A stretch of 64,000 nt of DNA, taken from the NCBI RefSeq assembly GCF_035084215.1, contig NC_090363.1, forward strand, positions 9,362,001 through 9,426,000, in the 5' to 3' direction. Positions within the stretch are counted from its first letter, which is position 1, and each line of letters begins with the position of its first letter. Of the stretch, positions 36,629-50,494 are shown piece after piece. This DNA is from Heptranchias perlo. Its lineage: Eukaryota. The notes beneath the pieces were generated by a model that did not search any database, was not told the DNA's origin, and worked only from the letters and a program-made list of their open reading frames with translations. The translations under genes were made by a program, and so were the position numbers.

Positions 36629-38950
36629 TTTTTTTTTATTCCTTCATGGGATGTGGGAGTCGCTGGCGAGGCCAGCATTGATTGCCCATCCCTAATTGCC
36701 CTTGAGAAGGTGGTGGTGAGCCGCCTTCTTGAACCGCTGCAGTCCGTGTGGTGAAGGTTCTCCCACAGTGCTGTTAGGAAGGGAGTTCCAGGATTTTAAC
36801 CCTGCGACGATGAAGGAACGGCGATATATTTCCAAGTCGGGATGGTGTGTGACTTGGAGGGGAACGTGCAGGTGGTGTTGTTCCCATGTGCCTGTTGCTC
36901 TTGTCCTTCTAGGTGGTAGAGGTCGCGGGTTTAGGAGGTGCTGTCGAAGAAGCCTTGGCGAGTTGCTGCAGTGCATCCTGTGGATGGTACACACTGCAGC
37001 CACAGTGCGCCGGTGGTGAAGGGAGTGAATGTTTAGGGTGGTGGTTGGGGTGCCAATCAAGCGGGCTGCATTGTCCTGGATGGTGTCGAGCTTCTTGAGT
37101 GTTGTTGGAGCTGCACTCATCCAGGCAAGTGGAGAGTATTCCATCACACTCCTGACTTGTGCCATGTAGATGGTGGAAAGGTTTTGGGGAATCAGGAGGT
37201 GAGTCACTCGCCGCAGAATACCCAGCCTCTGACCTGCTCTTGTAGCCACAGTATTTATATGGCTGGTCCAGTTAAGTTTCTGGTCAATGGTGACCCCCAG
37301 GATGTTGATGGTGGGGGATTTGGCAATGGTAATGCCGTTGAATGTTAAGGGGAGGTGGTTAGACTCTCTCTTGTTGAAGATGGTCATTACCTGGCACTTG
37401 TCTGGCGCAAATGTTACTTGCCACTTATCAGCCCAAGCCTGGATGTTGTCCAGGTCTTGCTGCATGCGGGCTCAGACTGCTTCATTATCTGAGAGGTTGC
37501 GAATGGAACTGAACACTGTGCAATCATCAGCAAACATCCCCATTTCTGACTTTATGATGGAGGGAAGATCATTGATGAAGCAGCTGAAGATGGTTGGCCC
37601 TAGGGCACTGCCCTGAGGAACTCCTGCAGCAATGTCCTGGGACTGAGTTGATTGGCATCCAACAACCACTACCATCTTCCTTTGTGCTAGGTCTGACTCG
37701 AGCCACTGGAGAGTTTTCCCCGATCCCCATTGACTTCAATTTTACTCGGGCTCCTCGGTGCCACACTTGGTCAAATGCTGCCTTGATGTCAAGGGCAGTT
37801 ACTCTCACCTCACCTCTGGAATTCAACTCTTTTGTCCATGTTTGGACCAAGACTATAATGAGGTCTGGAGCTGAGTGGTCCTGGCGGAACCCAAACTGAG
37901 CCTCCGTGAGCAGGTTATTGGTGAGTAAGTGCCGCTTGATAGCACTGTCGATGACACCTTCCATCACTTTGCTGATGATTGAGAGTAGACTGATGAGCCG
38001 GTATTGGATTTGTCCTGCTTTTTGTGGACAGGACATATGTGAGCAATTTACCACATTGTCGGGTAGATGCCAGTGTTGTAGCTGTACTGGAACAGCTTGG
38101 CTAGAGGCGCAGCTAGTTCTGGAGCACAAGTCTTCAGCACTACAGCTGGGATGTTGTCGGGGCTCATAGCCTTTGCTGTATCCAGTGCACTCAGCCATTT
38201 CTTGATATCACGTGGAGTGAATCGAATTGGCTGAAGACTGGCTCTTGTGACGGTGGGGATATCGGGAGGAGGCCGAGATGGATCATCCACTTGGCTCTTC
38301 TGGCTGAAGATGGTTGCAAACGCTTCAGCCTTGTCTTTTACACTCATGCGTTGGACTCCGCCATCATTGAGGATGGGGATGTTTACAGAGCCTCCTCCCG
38401 TTAGTTCTTTAATTGTCCACCACCATTCACGACTGGATGTGGCAGGACTGGAGAGCTTTGATCTGGTCCATTGGTTGTGGAATCGCTTAGCTCTGTCTAT
38501 AGCATGTTGCTTCCTCTGTTTAGCATGCATGTAGTCCTGTGTTGTAACTTCACCAGGTTGGCACCTCATTTTTAGGTACGCCTGGTGCTGCTCCTGGCAT
38601 GCTCTTCTACACTCCTCATTGAACCAGGGTTGATCCCCTGGCTTGTTGGTAATGGTACAGTGAGGAATATGCCGGGCCATGAGGTTACAGATTGTGCTGG
38701 AATACAATTCTCCTGCTGCTGATGGTCCACAGCACCTCATGGATGCCCAGTTTTGAGCTGTTAGATCTGTTCTGAATCTATCCCATTTAGCACTGTGATA
38801 GTGCCACACAACACGTTGGATAGTGTCCTCAGTGCGAAGACGGGACTTCGTCTCCACGAGGACTGTGCGGTGATCACTCCTACCAATACTGTCATGGACA
38901 GGTGCATTTGCGACAGATAGATTGGTGAGGACGAGGTCAAGTAAGTTTTT
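36629..38950 (-). mobile_element. LINE family B, 2.3-kb 5'-truncated copy inserted in an L2 3' end
   Basis: ORFs 38048-38980, 37569-38198, 37472-37675 and 36692-37465 cover the APE end (SDH) to the RT and C-terminus. Poly-A tail at 36629; L2 remnant continues at 36520-36628 and 38950-39305. Confidence 0.9.
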
Positions 38951-39636
38951 ATTAGGACAGGTGACCAAAAGCTTTATCAAAGAGATAGGTTTTAAGGAGC
39001 ATCTGAAAGGAGAGAGAGGTGAAGAGGTTTAGGGAGGGAATTCCAGAGCTTAGGGCCTGGACAGATGAAGGCACAGCCGTCAACGGTGGATCAAAGGGAG
39101 TCGGGGATGTGCAAGAGACCAGAATCGTAGGAACACAGAGTTTTCGTAGGGTTGGAGGAGGTTACAGAGATAGGGAGGGGGGCGAGGCCATGGAGGGATT
39201 TGAACACAAGGATGAGAATTTGAAACTCGAGCCATTGCTGGACCAAGAGCCAATACAGGTCAGCGAGCACAAGGGTGATAGGAGAATAGGACTTGGTGCT
39301 AGTCAGCAGATTTATAGACCAAGGCTGGGCAGCAGAAAATGGATTTAACAGCATAAGCACGGGAAGCCAGATTAATTACGAGTATAAAAATAGGAACAGA
39401 TACAATGCAGTCATGGGATTTGGAAAAACTATACAGCCAGCAGCCAATTTGGCCACAATTAAACTAAATTAAATTAATTAAGAATATTGCAGAGTGAGGA
39501 AAATTTGCAAACATTTCCCAACTTCTAAAATGAACGGCCGGGGTAATTTATTAATCAACTTCCAGTGGCATATGCAAAGCAAATATGTTTTGCATTGAAT
39601 GCTGTTTTAAATAATGACTCTATTTTAACGAGGCAG

Positions 39637-39656
39637 GGAAGTGAAAAAAAGGAAGT
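39637..39656 (+). promoter_or_regulatory. Candidate ETS-IRF composite element plus adjacent PU.1/ETS site in gene A intron 1
   Basis: GGAAGTGAAA (GGAAnnGAAA) directly followed by AAAAGGAAGT, in a non-repeat segment. Confidence 0.3.
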
Positions 39657-39937
39657 AACTTTTTAACCCTTGAGTGTGCAGCCTCCTTTCCGTTCCCCCT
39701 TCTGAAACCTGTCACTGAGAGGTGTTCTGTCTTGGGCCAGGGTGAGCAAGTCTGCGCACCAACCTCTCTACAGGAACACCAGCGAGATGCAGAATTTAAT
39801 GGGTTGGGGAGTTCGCACTGATGGTCAGGAAGTCACACAGATCCGTGTACTTTCGCAGTGAGGCTCACAATGTAGGTGAAGAGCGAGCCCATTCAGCCTA
39901 TCTTAGTTCATCCATCCAAAAATAAACAAAAACTTAG

Positions 39938-40105
39938 GGAGTAATTTTAACCTAACCCACCCGGCGGGAAGCTGACGGGATCAGATCGAGCGCCCGTTTC
40001 ACAAATTCAAGTCAATGGAGAGTAAAATCAGGAGGGGGTGTTAATCGGGCATCTGACCCGATCCACTGAGTTCCCCGCCAGACGGGTCAGGTTAAAATTA
40101 CCCCC
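39938..40105. mobile_element. Palindromic MITE (Harbinger-like)
   Basis: GTAATTTTAACCTAACCC...GGGTCAGGTTAAAATTAC, TTA flanks; relatives at ~26425-26490 and 63390-63565. Confidence 0.7.
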
Positions 40106-40679
40106 TTTAATTTCTCCCATTGAGCCTCAGGATTCCCCACCCAGACACCATTCCAAGTAATTAGACTTGGAATAAACTGAGATCGATAGATTTTTGGGCT
40201 CTAGGGGAATCAAGGGATATGGGGATCCGGCGGGAAAGTGGAGTTGAGGTCAAAGATCAGCCATGATCTGACTGAATGATGGAACAGGCTTGAGGGGCCG
40301 TATGGCCTACTCCTGCTCCTATTTCTTATGTTCTTATGATCACTCTGCATGAAGACTCTTCTTGATTTGTGTGCTAAACTTTTCCTTTCGCCATCTATAA
40401 CCTATGCCTCTTGTCCTCTGGATTAATCTGCTGATTAATCTCTTCGATTCCTCTAGAAGCTTTGGTTTGAATATGTAACTTATTTCCTTGGGCCTCATTC
40501 TATAAACAAAAAAACCTCAGCTCCAGATTTTGGAGTTGTGTCAGCCTCTGTGTTTTTGACTATTAACCTCACTCTGCCCAAACGCTCCTCCCTGGGAGTC
40601 CCCTCACAGCCAATTCTGATCCAAGGCTACCATCCCAGCCACTGGGGCCCTCGCTCCAGAGGTGAAAGGCCGACATATT

Positions 40680-40925
40680 GAGGGTGAAATTCCAACTTCG
40701 GGCAGAACGTGGTGTACAAATCAGCACCGCCAGATTGTCCTTTCCATTGCAGTCAACGGAGTAGAAAGTTGTTCCGGGCGGTAGTGCAAAGCGGGAGGAA
40801 TCGCATCGGACGCCCGTTATACGCCCGGGGATAATCATTTCTATTGAAGTCAATGCAACGGACGGCCGATTCCATTTTGTGCTATCGCCACGAACGAATT
40901 TAACCCCCAAACGAATTTAACCCCC
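40680..40925. mobile_element. Palindromic MITE (Harbinger-like)
   Basis: GGGTGAAATTC...GAATTTAACCCCC ends, with the right end tandemly duplicated. Confidence 0.55.
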
Positions 40926-41172
40926 AAGTTGAAACTGCACCCCACTGTCGACAGAGTAAACATCCCAGGCTCCTCCCTGATACTGAACGGGTCCAATAAA
41001 GATCTAACAGGTCACGTACAGTTTGTGGGGCTGTCTCCCCCCCCCTAGAAGGGCGTCTGCTTTTCATTTTCCAGCTGTTGTTGTTTTAATTACGTTTTTA
41101 AAAACTGAAACAGCTCTCAGTTCCGAATCGCTGCCACAGTCGGGTTAAAGAGACTTGTAGAGATGGTTTTAC

Positions 41173-41233
41173 CTGAAGCCGATTCGGTGAGAAGCTGCAA
41201 AAGGCGAAGAAAAGACAGGACAAAGATCATCAT
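41173..41233 (-). CDS. Gene A leader (signal peptide) exon MMIFVLSFLRLLQLLTESAS
   Basis: ATG, 20 codons with a hydrophobic core and small-residue end, phase-1 donor CAG|GTAAAA that joins in frame to the V exon. Lies in a non-repeat island with an ETS site AGGAAGTG ~80 bp upstream. Confidence 0.8.
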
Positions 41234-41424
41234 TTGGCCGGAGAGCTGGCTGCTGATCCGATCATTTAACGGGAACTGTTGGAGGGACGTCAAACAGGAG
41301 GAGCTGAATTGTAGGAAGTGTGCCGAGGGGGATGGAGATAATTATTACAAGCATTTATTTTGGGTCTTTAAGTAGGAATTTCTCAGACATTTCAAAGAGG
41401 CTTATTAGAAAAAAACGGACCTGA

Positions 41425-43400
41425 TCCGAAGAAGGAGATATTACGAGGGGTGACTTAAAGGTTGGTTATAGTCATGGGCTTTAATGGGGTTCTTAAGGAG
41501 GAGAGGGTGGTTGAGAGGCGGAGAGGTTTAGGGAAGGAATTCTGGAGCCTGGGGTCTCGGTTGCTGAAAGCACAGCCGCCAATGGTGGGGGCAAAGGGAG
41601 GGAGGATGCACAAGAGGCCAGAGTCAGAGGAATGGAGAGTTCGATATGATTTGGGGCGGGCGTGGTGATTGTAGGGCTGGAGAAGGTTGCAAAGAGGGGC
41701 GTGGCCATGAGGGGATTTAAACGCAAGGATGAGCATTTCAAATTTGAGGTGTTGGGGGACCAATGTAGGTCAGTGAAGGCAGGGCTGATAGGTCAACAGG
41801 ACTTGTGCGGGATAGGATATGGGCAATGGAGTTTTGAATGAGCTGAAGTTTATGGAGGGTGGAGGATGGGAGGCTGATCAGGAGATCATTGGAATAGTCA
41901 CATCTGGACATTGGAGATGGGGGGATAGTTTGCAAGGACAGAGGGTTCAAAGTTCTTTTGAGGAGTGGGCTGATGACAGTGGTTTTGAAAGGGACAGTAC
42001 CTGAGGAGAGGGAACCATTTCCAATATCAACTAACATGGGGCAGGGAAGGATGGGTGGTCAGCAGTTTAGTAGGAATGGGGTCAAGGCAGAAGGAGGTGG
42101 GTCTCTTGGAGCTTGGAAAGGGCATGAGGGGACAAAAACTAGGCAGAGATGCAGGTTCAGGGATAGGGCAGTGGAGAGGTTTGGCTTGGTGGGCAAGGAA
42201 AGAGGGGGAAGCAGCAGAGGCTCAATCTCGATGACAAAGAAGTCCATGAGCTCCTCGCACTTGTTGAAGGTGAGGGTGGAGGGGACAGGGGCAAGGGGTT
42301 TAAGGAGACAATCGATAGAGGAGAAAAGATGGTTGTTTTCTTTCCTATTCCGTATGATCCTGAAGTAGAGGACAGTTTTGGCAGAGGCGAGTGAGTTCCA
42401 AAAGCACCTGATGCGACCCAACCGGGTCTGCTGATGGATGGCTAAACCAGTTGTTCACCAGATGTGCACATCTGTGCCCCTTGAACTTGATTGAGCAAAG
42501 TTGGAAGCTATACTGAGGGGACGATCGGGATGGGAAAGAGTACAGGTTTTAATGGGCACAAGGACATCAAAGCTGGCAGTGAGGGAAAGCCTGAGCAAAT
42601 CAATGGCTGCAGAAGTATTGTGGTGAATGGATAGTCAAAGGCTAGGCAGTCGGGATTTTGAAAGTGCAGTTGTAAGTGACTTGGAAGAGTTTTCTTTTCA
42701 AGGGGAGGATACAGAGAGAAGTGGGGTTTGGAAGGGTGTAAGATATGTAGGTGGTGAGGGATTCAAGGAAGTTCTCAGGGATGGCTTTGTCGGTGATTGA
42801 GACCAAGCGAGTGGAGAGGCTACGAGAGATGGCAAAGTTGTGGGGGTGGCTGTGAATATGAATAGGAGAGTTTCTATGGAGCGAGAGGTTTGGGGAGGGA
42901 AGGTGGACAGTGAACCCAGAGGAGAGAGGGCAAGGGGAGCTGAGAAGGAGAATTAAATCACTGAGGTTGAGAAGTTGCTCAGTTCAGAGGCTGAGAAATA
43001 AAGGAGGATAACTCAGGGTGGGGCTTGGGGGGTGGGAGGTAGACAATGAGGATTTTAAAGGAGAGATGAGTGGGATTGAACAAGGTGAGAGTCTTGTAGG
43101 AGGAGGTACCAGAGGAGTAGGAGGGGAGACCAAAGTGTGACTTGGTGATAAAGGCCACACCGTCACCACAGTGGTTTTGGTGAGGCAGGTGGTGGAAAGT
43201 ACAGGCAGGTGGGAAGGCTTTGGTACAGAACAAGGTGTTGCCACCCATGAGCCAAGTTTTGGTCAAAGCCAGGAGGTCAATGGAATCATCCAGAGTAAGG
43301 CTATGGATGGCAAGGGCCTTTTTTGCAAGTGAATGGACATTCTGGAGGGAAATGCAGAGAGATGCAGTGATTGTTAATCTGATGGCAGAGACCAAGGGGG
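41425..43400 (-). mobile_element. Decayed L2 LINE (APE and 3' remnants)
   Basis: LQNVHSL...DLLALTKTWL...GDGVAFI (APE), KLQLIQNSIAHIL, and L2 3' end. Confidence 0.75.
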
Positions 43401-43434
43401 AATGGTGGGTGGCGTGAACGGGTTGGGAAGGATC

Positions 43435-46400
43435 ACTTATGCTTTTTTAACAGCTTATCAACTTGTCCTGCCACCTTCAACGATTTTTGTATGTAAACTC
43501 CCAGATCTCCCTTTAAAATTATACTATTTAATTTATATTGCCTCTCCTCATTTTGCCTTCCAAAATATATCACTTCACACTTCTCTGCATTAAATTTCAT
43601 CTGCCATGTGTCTATCCAGTTCACCAGTCTGTCTATGTTCTGAAGTCTGCTACTATCCTCCTCACTGTTTACTACTTTTCCAAGCTTTGTGTCATCCGCA
43701 TACTTTGAAATTATGCCCTGTATACCCAAGTCCAGGTCATTGATATATATCAAAAATAGCAGAGGCGCAATACTGACCCCTGGGGAACACCACCGTATAC
43801 TTCCCTTCAGTCAGATAAACAACCATTCACCACTACTCTCTGCTTTCTGTCTCTTAACCAATTTCATATCCACGCTGCTGCTGTCAATGCCCCTTTAATC
43901 CCATGGGCTTGAATTTTACTAACAAGTCTGTTATGTGGCATTTTATCAAATACCTTCTGAAAGTCCATATACACAACACCAACCTTCATCAACCCTCTTT
44001 GTTATTTTATTGAAAAACACAATCAAGATTTTCAGACACGATTTGCCTTTAACAAATCCATGTTGGCTGTCATTTATTAACCCAGGTTCTTCCAAGTGAT
44101 AATTAATTTTTGTCCCGGATTATGGTCTCTAGAAGTTTCCCCACCGCCAACATTAGGCTAACTGGCCTGTAGTTACCTGGTTTATCTCTTTCCCCTTTTT
44201 TGAACATTTGCAACCCTCCAGTCCTCTGGCACCACACCCATATCCAAGGAGGATTGAAAGATTGTGGCCAAAGCCTCTGCTATTTCCACCCTTACTTCCC
44301 TCAGCAATCTAGGATGCCTCCCATCTGGACCAGGTGACTTTTCTACTTTGAGTGCTCCCAGTCATTTAAGTGCCTCCTCTTTATCTATTTTTATCCTGTC
44401 CAATTTCTCTAGCCCCACCTCCTTTACATTAGCAGCTTTGGCCACAATCTTTCAATCCTCCTTGGAGAGGACTGGAGTGTTGCAAATGTTCCAGCCCTGT
44501 TCAAAAAAGGGGAGGGAGATAAACCAGGTACCTCCTCTTCTTTAGTGAAGACAGATGCAAAGTACTCATTTAGTACCTCAGCCATGCCCTCTGCCTCCAC
44601 AGAAAGATTTCCTGTTAGGTCCATAATCAGCCCCACCCTTTATTTGACTATCCATTGACTCTTTATATGTTTATAAAATACTTTAGTGTTCACTTTTATA
44701 TTACATTATTATATTACAGATAGACTGGTGAAATGGGCAGACATATGGCAGGTGAAATTTAACGCAGAGAAGTGTGAAGTGATACATTTTGGTAGGAAGA
44801 ATGAGAAAAGGCAATATAAACTAAATTTAGAGGGAGTGCAGGAACAGGGAGACCCCGGGGTGTATGTACACAAATTTTTGAAGGAGGCAGGGCAAGTTGA
44901 GAAGGCCATTAAAAGATGGGATATGGGATCCTTGGTTTTATAAATAGAGGCATAGAGTAAAAAAGCAAGGAAGTTATGCTATATCTTTATAAAACACTGG
45001 TTAAGCCTCAGCTGGAGTATTGTGTTCAACTCTGGGCACCAGACTTTAGGAAGGATGTCAAGGCCTTAGAGAGGGTGCAGAAGAGATTTCTAGAATGGTA
45101 CCAGGGATGAAGGACTTCAATTAAGTGGAGAGACTGGAGAAGCTGGGATTTTTCTGCTTAGGGCAGAGAAGGTTAAGAGGAGATTTGATGGAGTAAATAA
45201 GGAAAAACTGTTTCCTGTGGCAGAAGGGTCGGTAACCAGAGGACACAGATTTAAGGCGATTGGCAAAAGAACCAGTGGCAACAAGAGGAAACATTTTTTT
45301 ACGCAACATGTTGTTATGATCGAGAATGCACTGCCTGAAAGGTGGTGGAAGCAGATTCAGTAATAACTTTAACAAGGGATTTGGATAAATACTTGAAGAG
45401 AAAAAATTTACAGGGCTATGGGGAAAGAGCAGGGGAGTGGGACTAATTGGATAGCTCTTTCAAAGAGCCGGCACAGGCACGATGGGCCAAATGGCCTCCC
45501 TCTGCTATACCCACTAATCTTTTCCCCTCTTTGCCCCTCTTATTTCCTTTTTCAGTTCTCCTCTACATTTTCTGTATTCTGCTTGATTCTCCACTGTATT
45601 ACAAACCTGGCATTTATCATAAGCCTCCTTTTTCTGTTTAATTTTATTCCCAATTCATTTAGTCATCTAGCTTTGGATGCCATTCCTTTCCCATTCTTGG
45701 GAATGTGTCTAATCTGTACCCGAACTATCTCCTCCTTGAAGATGTCCCATTGCTCATTTGCTGTTTTACCCGATAATCTTTGTTTCCATTCCACCTGGGC
45801 CAGATCCCTTTTCAACTCTCTGAAATTAGCCCTCTTCCAGTTGAGTACCTTCACCATCAATTGTTCCTTGTCCTTTTCCGTAACTACTCTAAGCCTAATG
45901 ATATTGTGATCACTGTTTCCCAAACGCTCTCACATTGAAACATGTTCCACTCGCCCGACTTCATTCCCCAGAGCTAGATCCAACATTGCTTCCTTCCTCA
46001 TTGGGCTGGAAACATTCTGATCAAAAAAAGTTCTCCTGTACAAATATCATTAATTCCTCACCTACTGTTTTTTTCCCCAGTCTATATTAGGATAATTGAA
46101 GTCCCCCATTATCACTGCTTTATTGTTTTTACATCTTTCTGAAATTTGCTTGCAAATTTGCTCCTCCATCTCCTTCCCACTATTTGGTAGTCTATAGTAC
46201 ACAGCCAGCAGCATAACAACCTCTGTTCTGCTTCTTAATTCTAACCAAATAGATTCTGTCTTAGAACCTTCAAGTACATCATCCCCTTCCAGTGCTGTAA
46301 CAGTATATTTGATCAATATTGCCTTCCTCAACCCTCTTTTTTTTTCCTTCCTTTTTGCTCCTGAATACATTGTAACCAGGAAGTTCCCATTCCTGCCCTT

Positions 46401-47560
46401 GTTTGAGCCAGGTCTCCGTTATTGCCACTATATCATAACCCCATGTGGCAACTTGTGCCTGCAGCTCACCAACCTTACTTCTCACGCTCCGTGCATTTAC
46501 ACACATGCACTCCAAACCCTCTTTAGCCTGCTTAGCACTGATCCCCTGTCTGATCCCTCCTATGTCTAGACTACTCTTTATTCTAATGCTGTTTGTCTCT
46601 CCCTGTCCTCTCTGCACCTTGTTTCTCCTCTCTGATGCTTCATCCTGGTTCTCCTCCCCCTACCACATTAGCTTAAACCCTCCACCACAGCACTAGTTAA
46701 CCTCCCTTCAAGGACATTGGTCCCAGCCCTGTTCAGATGCAACCTGTCCACCTTGTACAGGTCCAGAACTGGTCCCAAAGCCCCAGGAATCTGAAGCCCT
46801 CCCTCCTGCACTATTTCTGCAGCCGCGCATTCACCTGCACTATCTTCTTGTTCCTATACTCTCTAGCGTGTGGCACTAATAGTAATCTAGAGACTGCCAC
46901 CTTCAAGTTCCTGCTCTTCAGTTTCATCCCTAACTCCTGAAACTCTGTGTGTAGGACCTCAACCCTTTTCTTTCCTATGTCATTGGTTCCAACATGGACC
47001 ACGACTTCTGGCTGTTCCCCTTCCCTCACCCGCAGAATATTCTGCACTCGTTCCATGACATCCTTTGCCTTGGCACCAGTGAGGCAACACACCATACAAG
47101 ACTCATGTCAGCAGTTGCAGAAATGCCTGTCTATCCCCCTGACTATCGAATCCCCTATGACAACTGCATTTCTTCACTTCGCTGTGCAATCATTTTCACA
47201 GTGCTGTGAACTTGCTCTAGGCTGCGCTTGCCCGAGAGGTGCCGTCATCTGCACCCTGAAAACTGGTTTGTGAATACCACACTCCCCGAGGATTCCTGCA
47301 CTGTCTGTCCCCTCCTACCCTGCCGGATGGTCACCCACTTACTATTCTCCTGAACTCTGTGGCTGCGGGATGACCACATCCTGGAAAGTGCAATCCAAGA
47401 AACTTTCAGCCTCCCATATGCCCTGCAGTGACACCAGCCGCTCCTCAGGTTCAGAAACCCTCAGCTTGAGCTCGAGCAGTCGGAGGCACTACCTGAACAC
47501 GTGTTTGTCCAGGACACACGAAGCGTCCTGGGGTTCCCGCAGGCACAGGATGTGCATGCA
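43435..47560 (-). mobile_element. Older near-full-length CR1 (ORF1 esterase + ORF2), decayed
   Basis: VVVHVGTND (ORF1); CVNARS..AITETWL and GDFNYPNIDW (APE); YADDTK (RT). Interrupted by a plus-strand CR1 at ~44716-45505. Confidence 0.85.
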
Positions 47561-48169
47561 ACAAATAATTAAGTACCAAACATTTATATTCTTATGACTG
47601 TGATAGTATGAAAGGTTCTGGGGTATTGGAATGGCAGTCCCGCCAGTTGGAGATGCGAAGGTACAAACACAGCTCCTTGGCTGTTTGCAGCCCAATCATG
47701 GTAGATACTCAGCACCTGTTCTGATAGCCAGGGCGCTAAATTGGGCCCATTGTTTCGGTGCGACATGGCCTCTCCAACATCCAAGATGGCATCTTGGATG
47801 CGCACGCAAGTTTCCTGCGTGATATGCGCCAGACGCCATCTTGGTATAGGAGTTAGTGCAGGCGCAGATAACGAATGCTGGAATTACGTAAAGTAGGTAG
47901 AAAATGGCTTCAATCAGTGTACAACGCTGATTTAAAGTGATAGACACCACTTTGGGACTTAACGCTCAACTCAATGCACAGTCTTAACCCTGACCATCTG
48001 AACGTGTCTTAAAGTGCCTGGAGAGCCCCCCACCGGCGCTTTTAAAGGGACCATGCAGGATTTATAGGTTAGTGGCTGGATTATTGCTTCTGGCTGCCGA
48101 GACATTTATAACTGTTTTTGGAGGTCTCCTATACTTGAATACTAGGACTAGGGGACATAGCCTAACATT

Positions 48170-49932
48170 AAGGATCAACAAGGTCATCTATGTGCGGAAC
48201 CACAAGAGATGGGGGAGATCCTGAATGAATATTTCACATCGGTATTTACGGTTGAGAAAGGCATGGATGTTAGGGAACTTGGGGAAATAAATAGTGATGT
48301 CTTGAGGAGTGTACATATTACAGAGAGGGAGGTGCTGGAAGTCTTAACGCGCATCAAGGTAGATAAATCTCCGGGACCTGATTAAATGTATCCCAGGACG
48401 TTATGGGAGGTTAGGGAGGAAATTGCGGGTCCCCGAGCAGAGATATTTGAATCATCCACCGCTACAGGTGAGTTGCCTGAAGATTGGAGGGTAGCAAATG
48501 TTGTGCCTTTGTTTAAGAAGGGAGGCAGGGAAAAGCCTGGGAACTACAGACCGGTGAGCCTGACATCTGTAGTGGGTAAGTTGTTAGAGGGTATTCTGAG
48601 GGACAGGATCTACAGGCATTTGGAGAGGCAGGGACTAATTAGGAACAGTCAGCATGGTTTTGTGAGAGGAAAATCATGTCTCACGAATTTGATTGAGTTT
48701 TTTGAAGGGGTAACCAAGAAGATAGATGAGGGCTGTGCAGTAGACGTGGTCTACATGGACTTCAGCAAAGCCTTTGACAAGGTACCGCATGGTAGGTTAA
48801 ATCTCATGGGATCCAAGGTGAGGTAGCCAATTGGATTACAAAATTGGCTTGACGACAGAAGACAGAGGGTGGTTGTGGAGGGTTGTTTTTCAAACTGGAG
48901 GCCTGTGTCCAGCTGTGTGCCTCAGGGATCGGTGCTGAGTCCGCTGTTATTTGTTATTTATATTAATGATTTGGATGAGAATTTAGGAGGCATGGTTAGT
49001 AAGTTTGCAGATGACACCAAGATTGGTGGCATTGTGGACAGTGAAGAAGGTTATCTAGGATTGCAACGGGATCTTGATAAATTGGGCCAGTGGGCTGATG
49101 AATGGCAGATGGAGTTTAATTTAGATAAATGTGAGGTGATGCATTTTGGTAGATCGAATCGTTCCAGGACCTACTCCGTTAATGGTAGGGCGTTGGGGAG
49201 AGTTATAGAACAAAGAGATCTAGGAGTACAGGTTCATAGCTCCTTGAAAGTGGAGTCAAGGTGGATAGGGTGGTGAAGAAGGCATTCGGCATGCTTGGTT
49301 TCATTGGTCAGAACATTGAATGCAGGAGTTGGGATGTCTTGTTGAAGTTGTACAGGGCATTGGTGAGGCCACACTTGGAGTACTGTGTACAGTTCTGGTC
49401 ACCCTATTATAGAAAGGATATTATTAAACTAGAAAGAGTGCAAAAAAGATTTACTAGGATGCTACCGGGACTTGATGGTTTGACTTATAGGGAGAGGTTG
49501 GATAGACTGAGACTTTTTTCTCTGGAGAGTAGGAGGTTTAGGGGTGATCTTATAGAAGTCTATAAAATAATGAGGGGCATAGATAAGGTAGATAGTCAAA
49601 ATCTTTTCCCAAAGGTAGGGGAGTCTATAACGAGGGGGCATAGATTTAAGGTGAGAGGGGAGAGATACAGAAGGGTCCAGAGGGGCAATTTTTTCACTCA
49701 AAGGGTGGTGAGTGTCTGGAACGAGCTGCCAGAGGCAGTAGTAGAGGCGGGTACAATTTTGTCTTTTAAAAAGCATTTGGACAGTTACATGGGTAAGATG
49801 GGTATGGAGGGATATGGGCCAAGTGCAGGAAATTGGGACTAGCTTAGTGGTATAAACTGGGTGTCATGGACATGTTGGGCCGAAGGGCCTGTTTCCATGT
49901 TGTAACTTCTATGATTCTATGATATGATTCTA
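48170..49932 (+). mobile_element. Young 5'-truncated CR1 (same subfamily as 53840-58267)
   Basis: Nearly identical to ~56500-58267 with a few disabling indels; (ATTCTATG) tail. Confidence 0.93.
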
Positions 49933-50494
49933 TTTAGAGCAAGGACATGCAGGAGTGAAGTTAGGAAATGGTTCTACATGCAAAGGTTGGGAGAAGTTTG
50001 GGAAGCTCTTCTGCAAACGGCAGTTGATACTAGCTCAATTGTGAATTCTAAATCTGAGATTGATAGATTTCTGTGAACCAAAGGTTTTAAGGGATATGGG
50101 GCTAAGGCGTAAATATGGAATTAGGTCACAGGTCCACCATGACCTCATTGAATGGCGGAACAGGCTCAAGGGGCTGAATGCCACTGCCACTTGCTGCCTA
50201 CTGGTATGCGCTACCTTCTCCTGCAAGAAAGCGAGATGTATGTCTGGGCAATGTGCCTGTCATGTATGAATAGCTGCCAATGTGTGTGGCCAGTGAGCTG
50301 TGGTTCAGCGGCTTGCAACAGTGGTAATGTGTGAGGGTGAAAGGAAGCATCTGATTGGAAGAGTTGAGTACTGACGGAAAGAGTTTGTTGGTAGGTGAGT
50401 GTTGGGGGGTTTAGTGCCTGGAGGAGTGGATGCAGCTCGTGGTGCAGTTGTTAGGAGACGCCACTTGACAGTTGACCTGACTCACCTTGACCAT

